DNA from: Stylophora pistillata
Taxonomy: Eukaryota
Reading direction: 5' to 3'
Assembly (NCBI RefSeq): GCF_002571385.2
Contig: NW_019217900.1
Location: 605,123 to 669,122 of the forward strand
Length of the DNA stretch: 64,000 bases
Shown here piece by piece: positions 24,732 to 36,557 of this stretch. The position numbers were made by a program, and so were the translations under genes. The notes below the pieces were generated by a model. The model was not told the origin of the DNA. It made no database searches and was given only the letters and a program-made list of their open reading frames with translations. Position 1 is the stretch's first letter, and every line of letters starts with the position of its first letter.

Positions 24732-25400
24732 ATGGGTTTCATTCCTCTTGCAATACCTCTGATGTCAATGTTCTTTATCTGGACCAGTTTATATTTCTAC
24801 TTATGCATCATCAATCCTCATCGAAGCCATGAATGGAACTGCCGGCTTGTAACAGTGTGTCATGGAGCTTTAACATCGTTATTGTCATTCTGGAGTGCAT
24901 TTATTACTGGTCCATGGCCCTTGGTTGCCATGGGTGATGCTAACACCCCATTTCATACATTTATTGCCACCTTTACTTTGAGTTACTTTCTGTTTGACTT
25001 TCTGTGGTGTTCTTACATGGGTACTGAAGGGTTTGTCATGCTTTTACATCATATTATCTCCACCTGCGGAATAGTTTTTGTGCTGTTTGATGGTTATTCT
25101 GGTCCTGAACTTGCCGCGACAATACTTGGAACGGAGATCTCAAATCCATTTTTGCAGATAAGATGGTTTATGCGAGAAACTGGACAATATCAAACATTGC
25201 TGGCAAAACTGAATGATGTTGTCTTCATGATGATGTTCATTTGTTGGCGCCTTGGACCAGGAACATTACTCTGCTATCGCACTCTGTCTTCTAAGAAACC
25301 AAAACTTTTTGTCAAGCTGGGAGGATTAGGAATGTATTTAATAAGCTGGGTTTGGGTTTTTTTTATTATTAGATTTGCCAAGAAAAGATTTTTTAAGTAA
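24732..25400 (+). CDS. TLCD5: TLC domain-containing protein 5 (TMEM136), single coding exon, 222 aa
   Basis: Kozak GCCACCATGG follows a 5'UTR acceptor (ttgtag, 24706). Motifs HRSHEWNCRLVT, GPWP, YFLFD, MLLHH and EISNPFLQIRWFMRETG match TMEM136/TLC domain; several hydrophobic helices. Confidence 0.92.
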   Translation: MGFIPLAIPLMSMFFIWTSLYFYLCIINPHRSHEWNCRLVTVCHGALTSLLSFWSAFITGPWPLVAMGDANTPFHTFIATFTLSYFLFDFLWCSYMGTEGFVMLLHHIISTCGIVFVLFDGYSGPELAATILGTEISNPFLQIRWFMRETGQYQTLLAKLNDVVFMMMFICWRLGPGTLLCYRTLSSKKPKLFVKLGGLGMYLISWVWVFFIIRFAKKRFFK

Positions 25401-25989
25401 AGGTCACAAGAAATAGAACCTATTATTTTAAATGTGAAAATTGAGGCAATAGATAATGCTTTTTATTCAAGGCTCTTCAATTTTGTAACAATTCTATGTA
25501 GGACTAACACACCATTGAGTCAGGGAGGTTACTAAAGCCATAGGCAGCGGAGCAGGGGTCTCTTTAAACAAAAATTTGGAGGGACATAGCCCCTATCCCC
25601 ACCACCACGTTTTAGTGCAAGAAGATATTATTAGCACAGCATAACAATTGGTAACATTTTCATTCTTGTGATCTTTTCACAAATCTTTATACTAGCATCG
25701 TGATTGGCAAAATATGTCGTAAGACTTCTTTTGAACAGCTTCCGCCTGTTTAGAGAAGCTTATCAACAGTAGAAATTCTCTTGGTGTCTAAGAAATTAGA
25801 CACTAGAAAGAAAGAAAGAAAGTCTTAAGCACTCTAAACAACAAACATGTCTAGTTACAATGATAAGGTTGAGATTGGACATCAGCATTATCAGGCGCCT
25901 CTGGCAGCCGCTTCAGACCATGTAACGATCTCACCTTCCCTCCTATCCCACCCCAGGGGAGGACATCCACCACACAGTAATCTCGTGCA

Positions 25990-26906
25990 TACATGAAGGT
26001 AAATCCGAGGCAATGGTCTTAAGTACTACCCCCTTCATAGGTCCTTTGAAACAGCTGAAGTGGGGTGTGGACACCATTCGGTATGTGTCCTCCACCAATT
26101 GCCTTGGGGTTACAATTGATGATAAACTCTCTTGGTCTCAGCATGTTGCATTGGCTAGATCTGCATTTAATGCCAAAGTTAAAATGTTGAGACGTATAAA
26201 TTTCCTATGTACATCTATCTTGGAGACTTTTTACTATAGGATAGTTATACCAAGTGTTCTATATGGAATTGTAATTTGGGGGTCTGGACCCAAGCTTAAA
26301 GATCTAGAAATGATTCACATCAGGGCTGCCAGGCTGATTCATAAGATACCAAATAGTTTTGAGGATAATGATGTACTTTCTAAGGTTGGCTGGATGCCTT
26401 TAGAGTATTTTTATAAGCTACGTATCTTAACTATTACATATAATGCTTATTATAATTTAGGGTTGCGGGAAATTAATTGTTTGGTGACCAAGAACTCCAA
26501 CAGCTATAACCTAAGGAAATCCCTGAATGTTGTACTTAATAGGCCCAAAACCGAACTGGGTTGTAGGTCCTTTGCTCATAGATCTGCAGTAGTATGGAAT
26601 GCACTTCCCGATAATTTCAAAGATTCTCCAAATTTATCTATTTTTAAATATAACTTAAAACAATCCAAGGAAACTGTCATAAATATTAATTTTGAAAAGG
26701 GAGGTAATGTTATACAAAACATGAAACCAAATTTTCACTATTACTAAAATCTTATGGTTTACTTAATTTATTCAACTTATAAATTTTATCATATCTGTAT
26801 TTTATATAATTATAGACTATTTAGTTTAGGCAGGTCCACATCAGCTGTAAAGTTGCACAAAATTTTAACCTGCGTTATCAAATAAAGTTATGTATGTATG
26901 TATGTA
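25990..26906 (+). mobile_element. 5'-truncated non-LTR retrotransposon (CR1/L2 group) ORF2 C-terminus and 3'UTR
   Basis: ORF 26013-26747 has CLGVTIDDKLSWSQH, YGIVIWG, YNLR and RSFAHRSAVVWNALP. The element ends AATAAA-GT(TATG)n. Confidence 0.88.
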
Positions 26907-27742
26907 AAGAGATTTGCTTGTGCCAGCTGAGCTAAATTCCCTTTGCATTTGCTTCTGAAAACAGAGAGTTAAGTTCTACATTAAATGTTACTTGCTTCAT
27001 AAATTATATTATCTCTGGTGCAAATAGCACAAAGAAATTGGAGTCTATCAGTATTTTTATGGAAGGGTTTTACTACCACTGTCAAATTTACTATACTGTA
27101 CTATCATACTTTCTTTACTCTGGCAAAAAAGTTCAAAATTTGCCATCTTCCTAAATCTTTTGATTAAATACTTATTTGAACTGCTTATAATTTTGTGCAG
27201 CACAAATAGCTTTCTTGCATAAGTTTGCTGTAAAAATTATTTCTGCTAGGATGGAGATCAGATTTCAGTTTTCTTTTTTTACAACGTGCTTTTTTTTCTG
27301 CACAATTCAAACTAATATTTTAAAATGTTTTTGCAATTTTTTTGATATCTGAATAGGTACAAATATCTTTTGCACAATGATTTCCATTTAGTATATTTTT
27401 AAGGTGTCTATATTTAATGACCTGACAAGTCAAGATTATCCCTGAATACAACCAATTGAGAGTTGAAACAAGGTAGAACACAGCCCTTTAGGGTTTATGT
27501 AGGTTTCAACAAATTGCAAGTTTGGACCTCCTATCACTTTTAGGAGTTCACCACCTGAAGTAAAACAAGTTGCCCCTACCTTTACCAGTTTGCCCTCAAA
27601 GTAGTGCATGGTTTTCTAGAGCTTTAGCCTACTTGGTGCACTCTGAATCCCAGCATTGTTGCCTACAATTGTGGTCTCTTTCTTCTCTCCTTTGTTATTC
27701 TTCTGTCATTGTAAAGTTTAGCAGTAAAAGTCTTGTTTAATT

Positions 27743-28090
27743 TAAGTTGAAATGGTAAATTGGCCACCGTTACAATTATAAAAGCTGATGTTTCGAGCGT
27801 TAGCCCTTCGTCAGAGCGAATAGAGAAATTGTGGGTTGTGTGTGCTTTTAAAGGCAGAAAATAGAGCTACGTGATTGGTGGGAACATGGCAACGAGAAAA
27901 ACACGAATAAATAAGTGGATTGAAAAGCATTTGTTGATACCTGTGAGATTTAGACTGCCAGTTTGAAAGATGAGCTTTTGTTCAAGAGTTTTACGGCTTT
28001 CCGTGCTACCTAAGTGTAAGGAAAGACCGCAGATTGCCATATGTTGCTTAGAATGATTAGGTAAATTTGATTGGATTTGTTTTGACAAAC
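27743..28090 (-). mobile_element. Penelope-like element 3' fragment (GIY-YIG C-terminus and pLTR)
   Basis: ORF NLPNHSKQHMAICGLSLH...RKTLEQKLIFQTGSLNLTGIN resembles the PLE GIY-YIG tail (RxxxExxxIxxxGTLxPxGIN) and is followed by a hammerhead motif. A further pLTR fragment lies at ~45060-45200. Confidence 0.75.
27783..27820 (-). ncRNA. Minimal type I hammerhead ribozyme motif (PLE-associated), probably mutated
   Basis: Minus strand GCT-CTGACGA-A-GGGC-TAAC-GCTC-GAAA-CATC-AGC. The core boxes and stem II are intact; stem III reads CATC instead of the CGTC seen at 45070-45082. Confidence 0.65.
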
Positions 28091-28501
28091 AAAAATTTTG
28101 TAAACTTAGAGGTATAGAATTTTGGTTCTTGCTTCTGGTTTCCTGTTGCTTCTGCTGTTTGTAAGGAGAATTTTTGCCCTTCCCCCTAACCTTTTCTGTC
28201 TCCTTTTCAAGGACAAGGCTTTCATTCTATGAAGTTAACTACATTCAAAATCATAGGACAAAGATCTTTTTAATTATTCTCCTCCTAATCTTTCACAAAA
28301 GACTACAAATTAAAACAAACAACTTTTTTTAAAACTTTCAACTTGGTTTAGTACCAACAAGCTTGCATGCAAAAATAAATATTATCAATAACATACTACA
28401 AATTAATTACTGAATGAAGGCCAGTTCCCTTAAAATATGCATATTACATGGAGTAGTTGAGTCTTAGGCCAGTTTTTTTTTTTTTTCGTTTATTTATCTA
28501 A

Positions 28502-31500
28502 TTAGGAACCAAGAGGACGAAGGTCTGGGTGACATCGCCAAACTGGATACTTTGTGGCATGCATATCCTCATTAGCGTTTTCATTCTGAAACCAGACAAA
28601 TTAAATGTTAGAGAAAGATGTTCTTTTTTATCTTGTCATGATTGTGGGAAAAAGAAACAAAATTCTGAGTCCTCGTGAGTAGTCAAGTAGTAGAGTTTTG
28701 GATTCTGCAGCCCCATGCTCTATCATTAAGCCACAAAGACTATAAATTAAACTTGGCAATCACAATGTCCTCATGAGACATGCATTTGGCATTCAGTTTC
28801 AGAGGCACTGAGTGTGAGCAGAACAAGGAAGATCCAGGTAAATTTTATACAAAAAAAATCAGAATTGAGCCTTAATCCCCACACTCATGGGGGCAGGACT
28901 TATGTGTTGTGTTCTTGAACAAGACTCTACTTTCACAGTCTCTCTCTCCATGCAGGAGAAGAAATGCATTTTGGTAAACATTTAACAGGATTTTCATAAA
29001 AAATGTGTAACTACTGAAGTACTGAAATACTATTAATCATATTGAGTTAATTACCTTGGGGAAGATGTACTCCCCATGTTGCTCCACACCAAAGTCAAAG
29101 ACATATCGACCAGGTCCACAGGGCTACCAATAAAGAACAACAAGAATTTTTAAAACATCAGATCCATTTAAGAGTGAGGGTCAAATGTAAACTGAGATTT
29201 TTCTGGCCACTGCTTTCCCTCCTTCAGTACTTAGTTTGGAAAGAGGAGGGGGAGGTATGTTCAAGCTTTGAATTGATCAATGCATTATATGCCGTGTTAC
29301 AAAATAAATTCACCATATTATTCACAAAAGATCCAAGGTAGACATGATTTGGAAGATTTGTAATGGCTGGTCCATGCAGCTTTCCATTTTCCCAGTGTCC
29401 ATCATACTTAAAAAAAAAAAGAAAATAACACATTTTCACACTTTTTTTCCATAATAATTAAGATGTACTCAAAAGTGCCAATTATTGTCTCTAAAATACA
29501 TTTTGGACATTTCTGTTTTATCATGGATTTCATCAATGTTTGTACAAAATTACAAGCCTTCAAAATTATCTTATTCATTCGTGTTTAGTCATCAACATTA
29601 AGTTTCCCAGTAAATATTATGGTTATATAGACATCTTGCTACAAGGTGTGTCTACCAGAGTGAAGCTGCATCATTCCATTTATCTGGTTTATGATAACCT
29701 ATTTTTACTTTATTCTGGACTTCTGAAATAACAGCCCTTCATATTCAAACCGTTTAACCTGCAAACGGGCTCCTAAGTTTACCACACCCACCTCAGAGGA
29801 AAACTCAAGAAGCCCTTGATCATTAGACAATCTCTCTTTGTAAGTACCAAAGGAAATAAAAAAAGAACAGTATGGAGAAATTGCATACTGATACCAGGGT
29901 GTAAACGGTTCACTTCTTTGAGCCCCACCAATTCTTTGGTTACAAAATGGTCAACTTAATGTGTGTGATAACATACTTTGAGTTTGGTTGCAGCACAAGT
30001 ATACACTCCTTTTCCTTCTTTACAGTTGTTTCTCCACTCTCCATCATAAACATCCCCGTTAGCATAGTTATAAACTCCTTGTCCATTGCGCTCATTCATT
30101 TCCCATTTTCCTGAATAAAATTTTATAACTTTAACCTTTTAATTCCCGCAAGCTGATTGAGGGTGGTAAAGGAGGTGTCAAGATCACATTTCATGGAAAA
30201 TAAATTGGTCCTTTCACACAACTAATGGTCATTGTCAGTTACTGTCGAAACTACAACCAAAATCATGGTTCATAACAAATTAAATACTTCTTTCTCGAGT
30301 CGCGAAGAATTATTTCGAAAATCACAGTTCACGGCTACTAATGACATCATGACTCCTGAGAAAAAAAACAAGCCATTTCACATTTTATGGGGGAAAAAAT
30401 CGACCATTCACAAATCGCGATTTTAGTACCCTTTACCATCCTCCTGATTGTTCATTCTCCCCTCTAGCTGCTGCACATTTCCTTGACTGTGAACTTGTTA
30501 TGAGAATTTGGTGTCAGATCAAAATGACAACTTTTATCCATTGAAGTGTTCTCATTACCTGTTTGCTAGATTCTGTATGGATGTTGTAGGGAGAAGTTAC
30601 AAGTTAAGCACATCATTCTTACCATTTTCCTTCTTTCTGGAGTGATTATTAAGTAAATTCTCCTTGTAATTTTGACACTTATTTAACTTTTTAAGTCTGA
30701 GAGCGACCTACCTCTAATTTCTCGATACAGTATCACCCTTGAATCAAATATAAAGGTCGCGAGAATAAAGGAAATGATCAACAATTCAAAAGGCTCCTGA
30801 TTGTCAAACAAATTCTCCTTGTCAACACCATAGAGAATGTAAAGGGACTGGTGTGGAGAGTGTGTATTCTATTGTGTTAGTGAGGAAAGAGATAAGTATA
30901 CAAAGGTGATGAAAAAAAGGAATTTAAGTATCAACTAGTATATATTGTTTGATTCAATACCAAATTCTCATAGTTTAAATTAAAGGAAATGTATTGCAGG
31001 CAGTGAGAAGAAGTTGATTTTGGATATTGAGAGTAAAAAAAAACTTTTAAGGCCGGTTATTTTAAAGAAGTCTCAGCCAAACAGTGGTTTTTACACAAGC
31101 AGTGAAGGGCCTTACATAATTTTATTCTCTGTAAGAGGGGTTGTTTTCATCAAATAAATGTCCTTCCACTGTTAGCTTTCAGCCCTTGTGACACTGTTCA
31201 CAAAATAAGTGTTCATATAAAAGATTCAGCTAGATTCAAAATAGTTAAGAATGTGGTTTTGTTGAACAACAGCTCAACTTTGTTTAGATGACCTAGTAGA
31301 ATGAAACAAATAATAATTTATTTTTTTGTATCCAATACATTCTGAACATTAATGCTTTATAAAGAAACCATCTGTTTAGAATTTTTCAGTTTTCTTTTAA
31401 GATTGTGAATTGGGTTTATTTCAGTTGATTAAAAGGTAATCTTACCTTCGTATTTAGAGCCATCAGGATAATCAAACACACCGTAGCCATCCTTGAGGCC

Positions 31501-32255
31501 GTGATTATAATATCCTGAGTACTTCGCTCCATTTCGAAAAGTGTATACACCCTCAAAAAAAATCAACACACTTTGGAAACGTTTTCGAAGTATCTCTCCA
31601 ACGTAAAAATAGTGTCAAACGCGTAAACTCAACAGCTGGAAAGGCCCTTTGTCTGAAATCTTTGCATGCACTTTAATAAAAAATATTACAAAATTAGGGC
31701 GACACATCCTGAGGAGTAAAATTGGAGTGAATTCGGTCCACTCTGTAATAATCTTTTTAAAAGATACAGGAGAATAATTATATTTAAATATCTCCTATCT
31801 CATATATAACAAGTAGGAAGTAGGCTTAATCGGCTTCTTCAAAAATCCTACCTCCCCATGCCTCTTTCCATGAGAATAAGTCCCTTCGTAAATATCACCA
31901 TTAGGTAAAACAGCTTTCCCTTCGCCATGTCTCTCGCCCGACTCGTTTCTTACGCCATCGTACTCCTGTAGTTTGTAAACGAACAATCCGGCACAACGAG
32001 AAAGCATGAAAATCACTGGAAGCTGATACCGTTGCTATCAAAGCGCTCTTTATTTTTCTATCGATAACAAAACTTAATTTACGCGGATTTATTTTACGGG
32101 AAGGCACATAATAGCTTTCAAAATGGGGCGGAGTACCGTTAAACTTCACTGTCTGATTAGCAAGTATCAAAGAAATCATGCGATAACTTACAGCTTACCC
32201 CTAAATCACCAGTCCATTCCAAATCGTCGGAATCAGAGCCAAACACATCCGACAT
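28502..32255 (-). CDS. RSPH1: Radial spoke head 1-like MORN-repeat protein (218 aa), 7 exons
   Basis: Exons 32199-32255 ([19 protein letters not shown]), 31852-31965 ([16 protein letters not shown]...), 31446-31551, 29977-30110, 29314-29406, 29055-29123 ([19 protein letters not shown]) and 28502-28585 are all phase-consistent. MORN repeats and the GPGxYVFDxGxEQHGEY signature match RSPH1; a paralog is possible. Confidence 0.88.
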
Positions 32256-35200
32256 TTTTTAAGTTACTGAATCTTTGGTTGAAAGCCCTGGCCTCTTCTA
32301 CTACTTTGCGTGATACAAATATTATCACAATATGGCGAGTTTTTAAGGCATAACCCGTAAGATGATCACGCAAAAGGCTTTCCTCCGCCGAATGCACGAA
32401 TATGACGTAACTACGTCCGTAAGTAAGCCACGACGGCAAACGAATGTCTTCGAGCTAGCGCGAATGAACCCAGCCATCCTTCCTTTATGACATAAATTTG
32501 GTCGTATATCTGAAACTCATCTTTTAAAGATTTCAAACGAATGTCTGATGAGGAACCGCAGGCTTTAGTAACTGCCAACAATACGTGTATCATTTTCCAT
32601 CGTGTTTCATTAACTCAAATTGCCAAATTAATCACAACAAGCCACCTATGTAAAGTAGAATTTTATGGCGAAAATGCTTGGATTATGTGTACGTAAGGCA
32701 GCTGTCGGTCTACATGTCGACCAAGTGTCGGTTTATACCCTCACCAGCCAGTAAGCTTCCGCTGACGATAAATCCGAGTTGTTGTTAATGTATCAGCTAA
32801 GTTTTAGCCTTACTTATCGTGTATTGTACATGGTGCGCCTTATGTGGCAAAACTGATTAGTACACAAATTTACTTTTCGTCTGTGATATTGTTTAAAGCG
32901 GATTATCCTTTATTTTACTAATTATCCATTTTCAATGTTTCAATCAGATGAAAATATAGTTCTATACCATAGGTTGTGGATGTTTCGTTGAGAAAAGTAT
33001 ATAATTAGATATGAGTCGTAATTGATTGACAATTAATTTCCCTTTTTCATTAAGTTCATGATACTCTTGGAATGAGTAACCTCTTAAGATCGCGCAACGT
33101 GTTGAAAGTTCATTTTTTAGAAGGAATCGTTCCGTGCTAAATTATTCCCTCACTGACCGGCGTTTCATATGATTTTGCCAACCGAATGCCTAATTGAACT
33201 GCCACCCCGTGTTTACGAGTGATTAGGAATAATCTGCTAGATATCGTCACAGAAGTAAGCGGTCGATGATATGCGATTAATCACTGTAGTTCGCTTATGT
33301 TGTAGTTTGCCCTGTAGTTTTCCCTATCTGATATTATGCAACGTTTTCCTTAATAGATCGAATAAAACCAGAAATCATTTATACGGTTTGCGTCATCCAG
33401 TGGATTAATAAGCCCCTTTTTCTCCCCGGATCAGTGGAATTCTGGTTACTCACTGTTTTAGATTTTAAAGTTATTTATTTCGCAACTTCTATTTCAACTC
33501 TTAACAAAGTTACCGGCTGCTATCAAAGATTTGTTTCTTCACGCCATTATTTTCTCAACTTCATTGGAAACTGATATGAGAAACTGAGGCAGGAAAATGA
33601 AATGGATAAATTTGTGTTGTTTGTGTCAAAAATTGAGATTAAAAGTGTTGAAGCTGGAACAAGTAATTTGTGGAGTTTCCCAGCTTTCTCTTGTCATTCC
33701 TTTTACCTGTGGAATTCACATCTGTTCTTTCATTTGTTTTAGTTCTTTTGTCCAATTAGTTTTTTAGTTTTGGCTCACAAGTTCCACCAATTTCATAAAC
33801 ATTGCATGAGCAAAAGCTTTGAAACATGTGTCCTCCCATCTGGCCAATATTTTGAATGATTGGCTAGGTTGGAACGTATTAAAGGGAATGTGTCCTATTT
33901 ATTTCATGTCATTGACATTTCAAGCTTTGTTACACATTGGTTTGCGACTTGGAGAAGAATTTCTGCTTTATTTTTGGAAGGGAAATCATTCCTACCAAGA
34001 TAATAATAATAATAATAATAATAATAGTAATAATAATTTTTGCTTTTATTATTTTATATACTTCTTTATATACTATTTACATTGTCAATTGTTTACATAG
34101 TTAGTATTTGTGTATTTCTCATAAGGGCACCCTTAATTTGGAGCCTCGCTCTGTTGTGTGTCCCACACCCTTGTCCTCCGTTCTCTTCTGTGTCTTGTTC
34201 ATATGTATATTTTAGTCCTTTTAGTATTGTAAGTATGGTGAAAGCGATTAAATAAATAAATAATAATAACAATAATAATAATAAACAGTTTTAACGTGGA
34301 GAAACACTTAGCTAGAAGCTAGTTTACAGGTTTTCCACGAAACAACTTAAACAAATAAAAACCCTTAAAACCCTTACAAGATATGGTAAGAGTTTTAAGA
34401 AGGGTGCTGTAAACCCCCGGTATTTTTTATTCAGTTTGCCATCAAGTCTAGGTGATGGTGAAGAAAGCTTTTTAAGGAGACTTAAGGCATATTTCTCAGG
34501 TAAATGTATTCTTTCTCCTGAAATTAGGAAGGCTACATCTCCCCCGCTCCCATCACTCTTCCCCATTGCTTTCAAGTTGTCTCTAATCATAGGGGATAAA
34601 AATATCACAACAAGCTTTGTGTAAATCTGATCCAGAGTCAAATTATCGGCAGCTGTTTGTTCCCCTGGAAGAGGACCCCCTGGAGGACCTGAAAACGGTG
34701 ATCGGAGTGCGGCGAGAGAATGGGTGTCTTTTTTATTGTTTTTTTTGTTTTCGCGATGAATATTTGAAGCTGTTCAGAGTTCTCATTTCCACTCCCTCCA
34801 TCTGGCTGTTGTGGTTCTCGATGCGACTCCATTTGGTCTCGTGGTTGAAGTAGGACAACAGGATCTTGTGGACGCACTTGGCACAACCTGACTTGGGTAG
34901 GACGGTGTTCACGCTCTCTTAGCGGAAGTGGAATAAGTTCATGTTCTCTTCTTCCTTCTTGCCTTTGAGGTTCCTGAAGCGACATGTCATCGGTGGGATT
35001 TAGATGGGATTTTAGAAACTCTGAGTCTTGCATGAATCTCCTTTCTTTCCATGCTCGTAACAAAATGTAGACGGTTTCAATCAGAATGCTAGTGACCAAA
35101 ATCAGATACTAGTGACCAAAATCAAGGATAGGCGGTCTAAGGACGCCTAAGACTGCACGAAGGTTCTGATATAGCACAATGTTTTTGCGTCTAACACTAC

Positions 35201-36557
35201 AGGTTGTATAATGACGCTAAGAAGATTGGTATTCACTTTCTGAACAGAAAACCTGCCGCATTCCACATATTTACGAATATCATGTTCCACACGAGATTAT
35301 TCAATAATATAACGACTTTCAACCAATTATTGAAATTGTAAAAATAATTAATTCCAACCAAGAATAATGATAACAATAGTAATAGCAATGATAATTTAAA
35401 GGGGATAGCTTAAACTCACCGTTTCTCTTTCCTGTAGACTCCAATAATGATGATTAAACTATGCTTCTAATTTTTCCTGTTAATCATTGTTTTCTTATTC
35501 CATTGCAGTTCTATTTTTTACTTTTGTTTCATACATCAACGCATTCCGCGTTTTATGATATTCCGTCATTCCGTGTTTAAGGATATTCCACCATTCCATC
35601 ATCCATGTAATAGGGTCACCCTGTTAAACTCAAGGTCCTTTTTCGCTTCGCAAATCTGACGGCTCTTTTGGTCATTAGTCGCTTAATCAAATGGTAAAAT
35701 GTTCTCTCTTTGAGTAATGAGAAAAAGCCCTCAAAGTTTTCACGATGTGCAGATCACACTTTTTTTAGATATTTCTGCCAGGAAAGTTTTGTCTGAAATT
35801 ATTTTGATATGTTTATCAGCTTTTGTAGTTTCACGGAAAGAACTGAAAACTGAATAAAGTAGGTGAGAAGGAGTGAAGTTTTATTTCAACGTATCTGAGA
35901 AAAATAAGTGAAAACCTTTCTTGGAAGCTCGATTTGGTAAAACGTCAGTGATTCCCAGACTTCAAACTGAAACAGATTTTTCAATCATTCAGCGATCCGC
36001 GATTCGAGCGATATCGGGTTTCGCGTGCACTTTGACACGGAATTCCCTTGCCAGGTACAGTTTTCCCATACAGTTGGTACTTTTAAGGACAATCATATAC
36101 CCGAATTCAAAGTATATCATTAAGGAACTACTACTTTTATTCAATCTTTCAAAGTGAAGTTACAGTATGGTAAAGCATTGATTAACTTCTCAGTATTTTT
36201 CACACTCGATCTCTAGTGTAAACTACAACACGGCAAGCATTTTATCATAACATTTAGGAATTGTACGTCAAAGACAATAAGTTGGCGAGGTTTTGAATGC
36301 AAAAGAATTCAACAAGGGAAAAATTTATTCAAACGATTGACCTAAAGAACAAAAATACACTACATATGTACAAAGAGATTGTGTCTTCTCGTAGATATGA
36401 ATTAGTTGTGACCACGGCGACAAAACATATCACCCACTTATGATTGGAAAGCGCGAGAACACGCTGCGCGTTCTGTTTTCTCTCAACCAAAAATATAACA
36501 CGACAAATTCGCAAGAAAAACCCAAACGACCTTAAGCTACTCGAAAGCTTCTCTAAG

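Noticed and set aside
32541-32590. MSDEEPQALV, resembling an actin N-terminus
   Set aside because: No DNGSG motif or further actin exons follow.
35420-35431. Possible 12-nt POLA1 microexon (cag|GAAAGAGAAACG|gtgagt) leading to an alternative basic C-terminus near 34973
   Set aside because: Frame-compatible, but the polypyrimidine tracts are poor and the conserved terminal exon is already at 36558-36685; needs RNA evidence.
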